This document shows positions 18,545 to 29,789 of a stretch of DNA of 51,259 nucleotides, piece by piece; position 1 is the stretch's first letter, and the number at the start of each line of letters is the position of its first letter. Source of the DNA: an uncultured Actinomyces sp. GTDB taxonomy: Bacteria > Actinomycetota > Actinomycetes > S36-B12. The notes beneath the pieces are model-generated. The model made no database searches, was not told the DNA's origin, and saw nothing but the letters and a program-made list of their open reading frames with translations. A program made the translations under genes and the position numbers. Location of the stretch: assembly GCA_964351035.1 (NCBI GenBank), contig CAYGMM010000001.1:1604-52862 (forward strand), read 5' to 3'.

Positions 18545-20010
18545 GTCGGGACCTTCTCGCCGACATGGTTCCAACGAGCCTCCTGACCGGTGCCGATCCG
18601 CCACAGGCTGTTGACGAAGACCGCCTGCAGGAACAGGTCGTAGGCCAACTCCGGGAACAGGGTGAGGGCGAGCAATCGAGCACGCCAACCCCCTCGCCAA
18701 GCTGTCACCACGCGTTCGAGCCAGAAGACGGACCCGACGGTGAGCCAGAACGGGAACCAGACCCACTGATCCAACGCGAGCGCGGTCATCCCCATCAGGG
18801 TCAGTGCGCTCACCAGCGCGACCGTGCCGTAGCCAATACCGAATTGCTGTCCCCAGTAGCGCAGGGTCGCGGCACGGAATCCATAAGCCCCGAGGTTCTC
18901 CAGCGCCCCTCGCTGCCACCTTTGTCTCTGCCGCCACAGGTCACCCCAGGTGGGCATGAGTTCCGTCGTGACCGTGCACTCACGCGGAGACAGCATGGGT
19001 GCCCCGAGAACCTTCAGCGCCAAGGTGAGTTCATTGTCCTCGGTCAACGCCGCAGTGTCGTAGACCTGCCCGGGGGGTCCGGGCAGGAAGACACCGCGCG
19101 CGGCCGCTACGTCAAGCAAGAGCGTGGCGCGGAACATGGATGCGGTGCCGGTGAGCACGAAGACGCGTCCGCGCCGCTGCCGGATCTGAGTTCCGTACCT
19201 CGTGTACTCGTTGCGTTGAAATTGGCCCAGTACCCCGTGCCCAGGCTCGCCCGAGAACAAGCCCCCGATAGCGCCGAGTTCCGTGTCATCTTCGAGGCTC
19301 TGCGCGCCGACCGCGATGAAGTCCGCACCGAGCGTGGTGTCGGCGTCCATGACGAGCACGAGGTCTTCTCCACCCATCACGGGGAGCAGTCGATCGAGGG
19401 CCTGATTAAGTGCGCCGCCCTTCTTCTCGGTGTTGTTCCTCGTCTCGAAGACCTCATGCCCGAACCCGCGGGCGATCTCAGCGGTGCGATCGGTGCAGTT
19501 GTCCGCAACGACAATGACGCGGTCCGGTGCGCGTGATTGACGCGACAGTGCTTCGAGGGTGGCGCCGATGCGGTCCTGTTCATTGTGTGCGGGGATGAGA
19601 ACGGTCACCCGCAAACGTCGACCCGGCACCGGGGGTCGCTCATCGCCGCGCAGCAGTTCGAGGTAGCGACGGTAAGGGCTCAACGCCGAAAGGGTGGATA
19701 GGGCTTCGAGCAAGATCGTGATGACGACGATCGCCCCGAGAGCGACGAGGGCGCCGGTGATGACCTGGCTGGGCGGCTGAGCGTCTGAGACGAGCACCGT
19801 CCACGGCCCGATCTGGGTCTGTTCAATGGATCCGGAAGTCTCCACCGGGGCCAGTAGCCGCGCCACGGTCAGGGCGAGGACGGCCACCGCGGCGATGGCC
19901 ACGAGGACGAAGACGACGACGAGTCGCACGTAAAAGGCAGGTCGGAGGGTCAGCGCGGACGGCGGGGGGAGCGGCGGTGCTCCAATATCGCTCGGGTCCG
20001 CCGGGGTCAC
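18541..20010 (-). CDS. family-2 processive beta-glycosyltransferase (polysaccharide synthase-like)
   Basis: VLIPAHNEQ, VVADNCTD, VMDADT, TEDNELT (TED) and RQRQRWQRG (QxxRW), with N- and C-terminal TM segments. GTG 20010 is chosen as start (alternative ATG 20082). The ORF-track extension to 21291 runs antisense through priA. Confidence 0.83.
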   Translation of the reverse strand: MTPADPSDIGAPPLPPPSALTLRPAFYVRLVVVFVLVAIAAVAVLALTVARLLAPVETSGSIEQTQIGPWTVLVSDAQPPSQVITGALVALGAIVVITILLEALSTLSALSPYRRYLELLRGDERPPVPGRRLRVTVLIPAHNEQDRIGATLEALSRQSRAPDRVIVVADNCTDRTAEIARGFGHEVFETRNNTEKKGGALNQALDRLLPVMGGEDLVLVMDADTTLGADFIAVGAQSLEDDTELGAIGGLFSGEPGHGVLGQFQRNEYTRYGTQIRQRRGRVFVLTGTASMFRATLLLDVAAARGVFLPGPPGQVYDTAALTEDNELTLALKVLGAPMLSPRECTVTTELMPTWGDLWRQRQRWQRGALENLGAYGFRAATLRYWGQQFGIGYGTVALVSALTLMGMTALALDQWVWFPFWLTVGSVFWLERVVTAWRGGWRARLLALTLFPELAYDLFLQAVFVNSLWRIGTGQEARWNHVGEKVPT

Positions 20011-20088
20011 ACGTCTATCTAAACATTCTCTCTGCCGCGACTGGGGCGTCACTTCTGCCCCGTCGGACCGGACTGACACCATCGGGGC

Positions 20089-22071
20089 ATGTCGGAGTTG
20101 CCGGTTGCGCGCGTCCTGGTCGACGTGCCTCTCGCGCACCTGGACCGGCCCTTCGATTACACCGTTCCCGATTCCATGTCCGTCGACGCGGTCCCGGGCG
20201 CCCGGGTCCGCGTGCGCTTCGCCGGCCGATTGGTCAACGGCTTCCTGCTGGAGCGAGTTGCCTCGAGCGAGCACGCTCGACTGCAACCGCTGCAGCGCGT
20301 GACCTCCCCGGTCCCCGTCCTCACGCCCGAGGTCGCCACGCTGGCTCGCGCCGTGGCGGATCGCTACGCCGGCACCCTGTCCGACGTCCTGCGTACCGCG
20401 GTCCCGCCACGTCACGCGCGCGCCGAGGCCCAGGTCCTGGCCGAGCCCGCCCCCACCGCCGTGCTCGCCGATCCCCCCACGCCCGATGCAGTGGATGCCT
20501 GGTCGACATACGCCGGTGGTGACGCGCTGCTGCATCGGCTCACCGATGGCGCGCGCGGCATCCGTGCGGTGTGGGACGCCGCTCCCGGCGGGGGCCAGGG
20601 CGATGCCGGTGACTGGCCCGACCGCGTGGCCGACTTGGCGGCGGCCGCCCAGCCCCACGGCGGTGTGGTCCTCGTCGTCCCCGATGCCCGCGATGTCGCG
20701 CGCGTCGACGGCGCCCTGCGGCATCGGCTCGGCGATGACGCGCATGTCACGCTCACGGCCCAGCTTGGCCCACAGCGCCGCTACGCCAACTTCCTCCGGG
20801 CCGCTACGGGTCGCACCCGCGTCGTCCTGGGGACCCGAGCCGCCGTGTTCGCGCCGGTGATCGATCCGTCGCTGCTGGTCATCTGGGATGACGGTGACGA
20901 TTCCCACGACGAGCCACACGCGCCCTATTGGCATGCGCGCGAAGTACTCGCCCTGCGCGCCCACCTGTCCGGGGCCTCGCTCGTTGCCGGGGGTTTCGCG
21001 CGTTCGGTCGAGGCACAGGCGTGGATCGAGTCCGGGTGGGCCAAGCCGGTGGTCCTGAAGCGTGAGGCTCTGCGCATAACGGCCCCTCGAGTCACTGCCG
21101 ATGACGCCCATGATGAGCAGGGGCCTGCGCGGCTGCCGTCCCGGTCGTGGCAGATCGCGCGCACCGCCCTCGAGTCCGGGCCCGTGCTGGTGCAGGTCTC
21201 GCGCCGTGGCTACCTCCCGGGGCTGGCCTGCCAGCGCTGCCGCACGCCAGCGCGCTGTGCCGCCTGCGCGGGACCCCTGGAACTGCCGCACGCCGGCGGT
21301 GCTCCCGTGTGCCGCTGGTGTTCAACCGCGGCCCTTCACTGGCGCTGTGCGGAGTGCGGAGCCGATCGGCTCCGCGCCATGAGCGTGGGCTCGGCGCGCA
21401 CGGTCGAAGAACTCGGCCGTGCCTTCCCCAGCACGCGCATCCTGTCGTCGAGTGGTGATCACATCCTCGATCGCATCGACGGTGGAGGGTTGGTCGTGGC
21501 CACGCCTGGTGCCGAGCCGATCTCCGCCGACGGGTACGCCGCCGTTCTCATCCTCGACGCCCACGCGCATCTGTCGCGCGCGGCGCTACGGGCGGGGGAG
21601 GAGACCGCGCGCCGCTGGTTCGGTGCCGCGGCACTGGCGCGACCCGGTGCTCCTGTGGTGATCACGGCGCCCCCCTCGGTGCCCTTGATCCAGGCCCTCG
21701 TGCGATGGGACCCCGCAGGCTACGCCGCGCGCGAACTCGCCGAACGGTCCGAACTCGGACTACCGCCGGCCGTGCGATGCGCCAGCATCGTGGGCGACCC
21801 TGCGCTGGTCGCGGAGGTAGCCGACTCCCTGTCCGACGACGTACGACGGGTCGGTCCGCTGGATTTGCCCAACAACGCGCGCAGCCGACTTCGGCTCGGC
21901 GACGAAGCGCCCGAGCGGCTCTCCCGCTTGCTGGTGACGGCCCCGCGCTCCGCAGGGGGCACGTTGACGTCGGCGCTTCACGGCATCCAAGCGCAGCGGT
22001 CGGCCCGCAAGGATCCTCGAACCCTCGCCATCCACGTCGATCCACTCGACTGGGGCAGCGACCTCGCGTAA
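20089..22071 (+). CDS. priA: primosomal protein N' (PriA family), ATPase motifs degenerate
   Basis: N-terminal VARVLVDVPLAHLDRPFDYTVP and RVRVRFAGRLVNGFL, plus the four-CxxC zinc region CQRC...CAAC...CRWC...CAEC. No GKT/GKS is present anywhere in the protein. Confidence 0.88.
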   Translation: MSELPVARVLVDVPLAHLDRPFDYTVPDSMSVDAVPGARVRVRFAGRLVNGFLLERVASSEHARLQPLQRVTSPVPVLTPEVATLARAVADRYAGTLSDVLRTAVPPRHARAEAQVLAEPAPTAVLADPPTPDAVDAWSTYAGGDALLHRLTDGARGIRAVWDAAPGGGQGDAGDWPDRVADLAAAAQPHGGVVLVVPDARDVARVDGALRHRLGDDAHVTLTAQLGPQRRYANFLRAATGRTRVVLGTRAAVFAPVIDPSLLVIWDDGDDSHDEPHAPYWHAREVLALRAHLSGASLVAGGFARSVEAQAWIESGWAKPVVLKREALRITAPRVTADDAHDEQGPARLPSRSWQIARTALESGPVLVQVSRRGYLPGLACQRCRTPARCAACAGPLELPHAGGAPVCRWCSTAALHWRCAECGADRLRAMSVGSARTVEELGRAFPSTRILSSSGDHILDRIDGGGLVVATPGAEPISADGYAAVLILDAHAHLSRAALRAGEETARRWFGAAALARPGAPVVITAPPSVPLIQALVRWDPAGYAARELAERSELGLPPAVRCASIVGDPALVAEVADSLSDDVRRVGPLDLPNNARSRLRLGDEAPERLSRLLVTAPRSAGGTLTSALHGIQAQRSARKDPRTLAIHVDPLDWGSDLA

Positions 22072-22134
22072 CGGCAGAGCTGCGGTCCGTAGACTGTCCG
22101 GGTTCCGCCTGCGTCGCCGGTCAAGGGAGTTCAT

Positions 22135-22680
22135 GTGACGGTCCAACCGATCCGCCTGTTTGGCGACCCGGTGTTGCGCACGCCGGCCGCGCCCGTTGAG
22201 ACCTTCGACAAGGAACTCCGCAAACTCGTCGCCGACCTCACGGAGACGATGAAGGACGCTCCTGGCAGCGGCCTTGCGGCTCCGCAGATCGGTGTGTCCC
22301 TGCGGGTCTTCACGTGGTGGGTCGATGACGAACTCGGGCACCTGTGCAATCCGACCCTGGATCTCTCCGACGACATCCAAGATGGTGACGAGGGATGCCT
22401 GTCGATTCCTGATCTGGCCTTCGATACCAAGCGGGCGCGCCGCGTCGTCGCCAAAGGGATGAACATGCATGGCGAACCGGTAGTCGTCGAGGGGAGCGAC
22501 CTGCTGGCCCGTGCCCTTCAGCACGAGACGGATCACCTCGACGGCATCCTGTTCATCGACCGGCTCGATCCGGAGTTGCGCAAGGAGGCAATGAAGGCGA
22601 TCCGCGAGGCGGAGTGGTTCGGCGAGCAGCCGCCGGAGGTGCGGATCAGCCCGCACACCATCTCGTCCAAATGGCTCTAG
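22135..22680 (+). CDS. def: peptide deformylase
   Basis: GLAAPQIGV, EGCLSIP, HETDHLDG. GTG start with an aagggag SD. Confidence 0.93.
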   Translation: MTVQPIRLFGDPVLRTPAAPVETFDKELRKLVADLTETMKDAPGSGLAAPQIGVSLRVFTWWVDDELGHLCNPTLDLSDDIQDGDEGCLSIPDLAFDTKRARRVVAKGMNMHGEPVVVEGSDLLARALQHETDHLDGILFIDRLDPELRKEAMKAIREAEWFGEQPPEVRISPHTISSKWL

Positions 22681-22683
22681 TCG

Positions 22684-23607
22684 ATGCGTCTGCTTTTCGC
22701 CGGCACACCCGCCGTCGCACTTCCCAGTTTGAACGCGCTAGCGGCCTCGGAGCACGAGGTTGTGGGCGTTCTTACGCGGCCACCGGCACCGGCCGGTCGC
22801 GGTCGTGGCGAACGCCGCAGCGCCGTACACGATCGCGCGGACGAACTCGGCATCCCCGTCCTGACGCCGGCCTCACTCCGCGATGCTCGGGCCCTGCACG
22901 CGATCCGTGATCTCTCCCCGGATTGCTGCCCGGTGGTCGCCTACGGTGCGCTAGTACCTCCGCCCGCGCTGGACATCCCGCCCTTCGGCTGGGTCAACCT
23001 ACATTTCTCTCTCCTGCCGGCCTGGCGGGGAGCCGCTCCGGTCCAGCACGCGATTCGGACCGGTGATGAGGTGACCGGGGCGACGACGTTCGTCCTTGAT
23101 GAAGGACTCGACACCGGGCCGATCCTCGGCCAGATGACGACCGAGATCGGTGTCAGCGAGACCGCAGGCGAACTGTTGCAGCGTCTGGCCGACGACGGTG
23201 CCGATCTGCTCGTGATGACGATGAACGCCCTCGAGGCCGGCGAGATCGAGGCGCGTCCGCAAAGTGCCGAGGGGGTGAGCCTGGCCCCACGGATCGAGGT
23301 GGCTGATGCACGCATCGATTGGGCGGTGCCCGCACGGTCGGTTGACCGCTTGGTCCGCGCGATGACTCCCGCCCCCGGCGCCTGGACAACCCTGCGTGAT
23401 GCGCGCGTCAAGCTCGGACCCGTGACGCTCGCTGACTCCGCCGAACTCGAGCCAGGCGAGATCGCCGCGGGTCGTCGTGATGTACGCGTGGGAACCGGTC
23501 GTGGCGATGTGATGCTCGGCGAGGCGACGGCGCAGGGCAAGCGATCGATGGCGGCCGCCGATTGGGCACGCGGGCTGCGGCTCGAACCCGGGGAGCGATT
23601 CGCGTGA
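22684..23607 (+). CDS. fmt: methionyl-tRNA formyltransferase
   Basis: MRLLFAGTP, NLHFSLLPAWRGAAPVQ. Confidence 0.93.
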   Translation: MRLLFAGTPAVALPSLNALAASEHEVVGVLTRPPAPAGRGRGERRSAVHDRADELGIPVLTPASLRDARALHAIRDLSPDCCPVVAYGALVPPPALDIPPFGWVNLHFSLLPAWRGAAPVQHAIRTGDEVTGATTFVLDEGLDTGPILGQMTTEIGVSETAGELLQRLADDGADLLVMTMNALEAGEIEARPQSAEGVSLAPRIEVADARIDWAVPARSVDRLVRAMTPAPGAWTTLRDARVKLGPVTLADSAELEPGEIAAGRRDVRVGTGRGDVMLGEATAQGKRSMAAADWARGLRLEPGERFA

Positions 23608-25022
23608 GCGGCCCCGGCAAGTCATCGCGACGTGCTCCCGGGCGGCGTACCACCGGTGACATGGCGGAGCGACGTGCACGCACGCCGCGCGGCCCCCGCG
23701 GAGCCGCCTATGACCTGCTGCACGCGGTGGCCGCCGATGACGCCTACGCCAATCTTGTGTGGCCCACGATCCTCGATCAGGCCAAACTCGACGCACGCGA
23801 TGCGGGGTTCGCGACCGAATTGGCCTACGGCACCTTGCGCTGGCGCGGTCTGTACGACGCGATCCTGGCCGAGTGTGTCGACCGGCCATTGGACAAACTC
23901 GACGGCCGAGTCCTGGACCTGCTACGTCTCGGCGTCCATCAACTGCTCGCGATGCGCGTGCCCGAGCACGCGGCGGTGGGCGAGACGGTGTCGCTTGCAC
24001 GGCAGGTCGCGGGCGACGGTCCGTCCAAGCTGGTCAATGCCGTGCTGCGCAAGGTGATCGCGGGTGGAGATCGCGATGCGTGGATCGAGAGAGTGGCGCC
24101 CGGAGACGACACCGAGGCGCTCGCCATCTCCACGTCTCACCCACGATGGATCGTCAACGCCCTGGCTCAGGCGCTCGCCGTCCACCGAGGGGAGCCCGAT
24201 CCGCAGGGTCTGCGGGCGCTGCTGGAGGCGGACAACGTGCCCGCGCGACCGGTATTGGTCGCACGCGATGCCAGCCCGGAGGAGTTGCTCGCACTTCCCG
24301 GCGTGGAGCCGGCCCGGTGGTCACCCGTGGCGGGCGTGCTCGTGCAGGGGCGCCCGGAGGATCTCGCCGCCGTGCGCTCCGGGGCGATCGGCGTTCAGGA
24401 TGAGGGCAGCCAACTCGTCGCACAGGCTCTTGCGCGCGCCAAGGTCGATGGGCCGGACCAGACCTGGGTTGACCTCGCTGCCGGTCCAGGCGGCAAGGCG
24501 GCGCTCCTCGCTCGCGCCGCAGCCGAGCGCGAGGGTCGGCTCATCGCTGTCGAACCCCATGCGCACCGAGCGGAGTTGGTCCGCCGATCACTGCCCGCGG
24601 GTGAGCATGAGGTGCGCGTATCCGACGGACGTGAGGCGCTCGCGCCGGGTTTGGCCGACCGGGTGCTGGTGGACGCCCCGTGCACCGGGCTGGGGGCACT
24701 GCGGCGACGTCCGGAGGCCCGCTGGCGACGCAGTGCGGCCGACCTGGCCACCCTCGGCCCGCTGCAGCGCGAGTTGCTCACCGCGGCGATTGACGCAACG
24801 CGACCCGGGGGAGTGATCCTGTACTCAACGTGCTCGCCCCACGTGGCCGAGACCGACCTCGTCGTGTCCGATGTGCTCAAGCGTCGCGATGATGTCGTAC
24901 AGGAGGATGTGCGGCCCCTCTTGCCCGGGGTCCCCGATCTAGGCCCGGGACCGTCGGCGCGGCTGTGGCCGCACCTGCACGGAACCGACGGCATGTACCT
25001 CGCCCTCCTCCGCAAGATCTGA
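23604..25022 (+). CDS. rsmB: 16S rRNA (cytosine-C5) methyltransferase, RsmB/Fmu family
   Basis: NusB-like N-terminal half, VDAPCTGLGALRRRPE and YSTCSP motifs. GTG 23604 overlaps the fmt TGA (GTGA). Confidence 0.87.
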   Translation: MSGPGKSSRRAPGRRTTGDMAERRARTPRGPRGAAYDLLHAVAADDAYANLVWPTILDQAKLDARDAGFATELAYGTLRWRGLYDAILAECVDRPLDKLDGRVLDLLRLGVHQLLAMRVPEHAAVGETVSLARQVAGDGPSKLVNAVLRKVIAGGDRDAWIERVAPGDDTEALAISTSHPRWIVNALAQALAVHRGEPDPQGLRALLEADNVPARPVLVARDASPEELLALPGVEPARWSPVAGVLVQGRPEDLAAVRSGAIGVQDEGSQLVAQALARAKVDGPDQTWVDLAAGPGGKAALLARAAAEREGRLIAVEPHAHRAELVRRSLPAGEHEVRVSDGREALAPGLADRVLVDAPCTGLGALRRRPEARWRRSAADLATLGPLQRELLTAAIDATRPGGVILYSTCSPHVAETDLVVSDVLKRRDDVVQEDVRPLLPGVPDLGPGPSARLWPHLHGTDGMYLALLRKI

Positions 25023-25029
25023 TCGTTGT

Positions 25030-25057
25030 TTGAGAACAACGAAAGTGGCGGTAGCGT
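25030..25057 (+). promoter_or_regulatory. possible promoter TTGAGA-16 nt-TAGCGT giving a leaderless mRNA at ATG 25065
   Basis: The hexamers are spaced 16 nt apart. ATG 25065 begins 8 nt after the -10 hexamer and has no SD. A 6-bp hairpin cgttgt/acaacg at 25024-25041 overlaps the -35. Confidence 0.35.
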
Positions 25058-25064
25058 GCGCCGC

Positions 25065-25553
25065 ATGGCATCCTCCGCGAACCGCGAGCAGTCCGCGAAC
25101 CCGCTGATTTCCCAGTGGCTGATGACGGCGACCTACGTCCTCGCCGGGTCGGGGCTCGCGATCGGTATCTACACCGTTTCGCAGGACCCGCCCTCGCTCA
25201 CCATCGCCGTTCTCCTCACCGTCGGGGCCGGAGGAATCCTGTCCTTCTTCCGTCATGCCGTCTTCCACCGCAGCGATGCGGCGCGGATGGGCTGGGACTA
25301 CGGCACCACCAACGCCTTCCAGATCGAGACCGGGCTCGCCAATCTGGCGTGGGGCCTGGCCGCCGTGCTCGCGGTGGTCTTCTCGTGGGGACTCGTTGCC
25401 GAAGGCATGACCTTCCTGGTCTTCGGGCTCTACATGCTCGGTGCGGCCGTCGCCCAGGTCATCTACAAGCGTCCGCTCGTCACGGTGGTGCTCTCGGTGG
25501 CTTTCGGCGGCATCCTCACCTACGTCGGAGTCGCCGGGATCCTCGCCGCCTGA
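25065..25553 (+). CDS. hypothetical integral membrane protein (about 4-5 TM)
   Basis: ORF 25026..25553. Hydrophobic segments LMTATYVLAGSGLAIGIY, IAVLLTVGAGGILSFF, LAWGLAAVLAVVF, FLVFGLYMLGAAVA, VVLSVAFGGILTYVGVAGILAA. No family recognised. Confidence 0.6.
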   Translation: MASSANREQSANPLISQWLMTATYVLAGSGLAIGIYTVSQDPPSLTIAVLLTVGAGGILSFFRHAVFHRSDAARMGWDYGTTNAFQIETGLANLAWGLAAVLAVVFSWGLVAEGMTFLVFGLYMLGAAVAQVIYKRPLVTVVLSVAFGGILTYVGVAGILAA

Positions 25554-25577
25554 TCGACCGATCGCTACCCTCGCTCC

Positions 25578-26243
25578 ATGGCACCGCAGATCTCGCCCAG
25601 CATCCTGTCCGCGGACTTCGCCCGCCTCGGCGAGGAGATCGCGCGGGTCCCGGACTCCGACTGGATCCACGTCGACGTCATGGACTACCACTTCGTCCCC
25701 AACCTCACGTTGGGCCTGCCCGTGGTGGAGAGCCTGCTGCAGGCGACGCGCATCCCGCTGGATTGTCATCTGATGATCGCCGACCCCGATCGGTGGGCTC
25801 CGTCGTACGCCGAGGCCGGTGCCGGCAGTGTCACCTTCCATGCCGAGGCGGCCAAGGCGCCCGTGCGGCTTGCGCGCACGCTGCGTCAGTTAGGGGCTCG
25901 CGCCGGTCTGGGGATCAATCCCACGACCTCCATCGAGCCGTACGCCGAACTGCTGCCGGACCTCGACATGGTCCTGCTGATGACGGTGGAGCCGGGCTTC
26001 GGTGGTCAACCCTTCCTCGACATGGTGCTGCCCAAGATCCGACAGACGCGAGAGTTGGTGAAGCGCAGCGGCTGCGATGTGTGGATTCAGGTTGATGGGG
26101 GAGTCAGCGAGAAGACCATCGAGCGCTGCGCCGAGGCCGGCGCTGACGTCTTCGTGGCGGGATCCGCTGTTTTCGGTGCCGACGACCCGGACCGTATGGT
26201 GCGCACGCTGCGCGAGATGGCCGCCGCAGCTTCGGATCGCTAG
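25578..26243 (+). CDS. rpe: ribulose-phosphate 3-epimerase
   Basis: [34 protein letters not shown]. Confidence 0.93.
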   Translation: MAPQISPSILSADFARLGEEIARVPDSDWIHVDVMDYHFVPNLTLGLPVVESLLQATRIPLDCHLMIADPDRWAPSYAEAGAGSVTFHAEAAKAPVRLARTLRQLGARAGLGINPTTSIEPYAELLPDLDMVLLMTVEPGFGGQPFLDMVLPKIRQTRELVKRSGCDVWIQVDGGVSEKTIERCAEAGADVFVAGSAVFGADDPDRMVRTLREMAAAASDR

Positions 26244-27304
26244 TGCTCAGCAGCCACGAAGTCGCGGCGATGCGGCGGGCTCGCGAGCTCGCCGTCAGTG
26301 TGCCTCTCGCCGACGGTCCCAATCCGCGCGTGGGCTGCGTCATCCTCGATGTCGTCGGCGCAACCATCGCCGAGGGTGTTCATCGTGGCGCGGGCACGCC
26401 ACATGCCGAGGCCGAGGCCCTCGCGATCGCGGGGCACGCGGCCCGTGGTGGCACCGCCATCGTCACGCTTGAGCCCTGCAATCACACGGGTCGTACCGGC
26501 CCGTGTGCCCAGGCGCTGGTCGATGCGGGAATCACGCGCGTGGTCTTCGCGCAGTCGGATCCCCACGTCATGGCATCGGGTGGCGCCCAGCGACTGCGCG
26601 ATGCCGGAATCGACGTGGTGCCGGGGGTCGAGGCCGATGAGGCCATGTCGCTGAACCGCGAATGGTCGATCGCGGTCGCTCGGGGACGCCCCTTCGTCAC
26701 CTGGAAGGTCGCGTCAACGCTCGACGGTCGTGTCGCCGCGGCTGACGGCACGAGTCGGTGGATCTCCGGACCGCAGTCCCGGCGCGACGTTCATGCCCTG
26801 CGTGCACGTTGCGATGCCGTGGTTATCGGCACCGGTACCGCGCTCACTGACGACCCGGCACTCACCGTGCGCGATGCACCCGTACCGCTCACTGGCCAAC
26901 CGCTTCGTGTGGTCGTCGGACGCCGTGAAATCCCGAAGGATGCCCGCCTCCTTGATGGCGCCGCCCCGACCCTTCACCTGCGCACGCACGATCCGCGCGA
27001 AGTGCTTGATGTCCTTGCTGAGCGCGAGGTTCGGCACGTGCTCCTCGAGGGAGGGCCACGCCTGGCCGCAGCCTTCCTTCAGGCCGATCTGGTGGATGAG
27101 ATGGTGTGGTACGCCGCACCGGTGATCCTGGGCGCTGGACCCTCCGCCATCGGCGACCTCGACATCACGACGATCGCCCAGGCACTGCGCTTGCGGGAGG
27201 TTCGTGTCGAGCAGATAGGGGACGATGCGAGGATCGTGGGGCAGATCCAGCCAAGGGAGGCCGATGTTCACCGGGATCGTGGAGGAGTTGGGCCAGATCA
27301 GTGA
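26243..27304 (+). CDS. ribD: bifunctional riboflavin deaminase / reductase
   Basis: Deaminase zinc motifs HAEAEAL and PCNHTGRTGPC, reductase half KVASTLDGR. The GTG start shares one base with the rpe TAG. Confidence 0.9.
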   Translation: MLSSHEVAAMRRARELAVSVPLADGPNPRVGCVILDVVGATIAEGVHRGAGTPHAEAEALAIAGHAARGGTAIVTLEPCNHTGRTGPCAQALVDAGITRVVFAQSDPHVMASGGAQRLRDAGIDVVPGVEADEAMSLNREWSIAVARGRPFVTWKVASTLDGRVAAADGTSRWISGPQSRRDVHALRARCDAVVIGTGTALTDDPALTVRDAPVPLTGQPLRVVVGRREIPKDARLLDGAAPTLHLRTHDPREVLDVLAEREVRHVLLEGGPRLAAAFLQADLVDEMVWYAAPVILGAGPSAIGDLDITTIAQALRLREVRVEQIGDDARIVGQIQPREADVHRDRGGVGPDQ

Positions 27305-27862
27305 CGTGACGGTCCTACCCGATGACGCCCTGCGGCTGACCATTCGTGGCCCCGTGGTGACCGCTGACGCTGGCCACGGCGACTCCATCGCGGTCAACGG
27401 CGTGTGCCTTACGGTCGTTGACGTTGCTGACGGCGACTTCACCGCTGACGTTATGCGGGAGACCCTCGAGCGCACGTCCCTGCGCGGCGCCGCATCCGGC
27501 ACCACGGTCAACCTCGAGCGCGCCGTCCGTGCGGATGCGCGACTTGGCGGTCACATCGTCCAGGGGCACGTTGACGGGACCGGTCACATCGTGAGCCGGA
27601 CCCCCAGCGAGAACTGGGAACTCGTACGCGTCTCTCTTCCGGCCTCCCTCGCCCGGTACGTTGTCGAGAAGGGCTCGATCACCGTCGATGGTGTGTCGCT
27701 GACCGTGACCGATGTCGACGACGACTCCTTCGGTGTTTCGCTGATCCCTACGACCCTCGCGGCCACCACCCTCGGATCGCGGCAGCCCGGGGACACGGTG
27801 AATCTCGAGGTTGACGTGCTTGCCAAGTACGTCGAGCGCCTGATCACCGCACGAGGTGACGT

Positions 27863-27866
<4 letters not shown>
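27264..27866 (+). CDS. ribE: riboflavin synthase (alpha chain)
   Basis: MFTGIVEELG, with duplicated GDSIAVNGVCLTV / GSITVDGVSLTV lumazine-binding repeats. Confidence 0.9.
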
Positions 27867-29514
<1,648 letters not shown>

Positions 29515-29524
29515 GCTGATCCAC

Positions 29525-29788
29525 GTGAAGACCTTCGACGAGTTGTACGCCGAACTCCAGGCCAAGGCGGCCTTCGCCGACGACACGGGCAACACCCGAC
29601 GACTTCTCGATGCCGGGGTGCACGAGATCGGCAAGAAGGTGGTCGAGGAGGCCGCTGAGGCGTGGATGGCGGCCGAGCACGAGGGCTGCGACCGCGCCGC
29701 GGAGGAGATCTCGCAACTGCTCTACCACGCGCAGGTACTCATGATCGCCTGTGGCGTGAGCCTCGACGACGTCTACAAGCGGCTCTGA
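29525..29788 (+). CDS. hisE: phosphoribosyl-ATP pyrophosphatase
   Basis: (V)[10 protein letters not shown]...[17 protein letters not shown]...[17 protein letters not shown] start 10 nt after the ribH stop. Confidence 0.85.
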   Translation: MKTFDELYAELQAKAAFADDTGNTRRLLDAGVHEIGKKVVEEAAEAWMAAEHEGCDRAAEEISQLLYHAQVLMIACGVSLDDVYKRL

Positions 29789-29789
29789 C

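Noticed and set aside
17324-18937. Full-length 537-aa version of the GGDEF-like ORF
   Set aside because: The first ~130 codons overlap the 3' end of the GT2 gene in another frame and are Arg/Gly/Pro-rich. The ATGATG at 18539-18544 overlaps the GT2 stop and begins the hydrophobic domain.
18541-21291. 916-aa minus-strand ORF, which would give the glycosyltransferase a ~420-residue N-terminal extension
   Set aside because: The part beyond about 20082 runs antisense through priA, which is strongly supported on the + strand. It is Arg/Gly/Pro-rich with no recognisable domain. The GT2 homology, including its N-terminal TM segment, starts only after about 20010.
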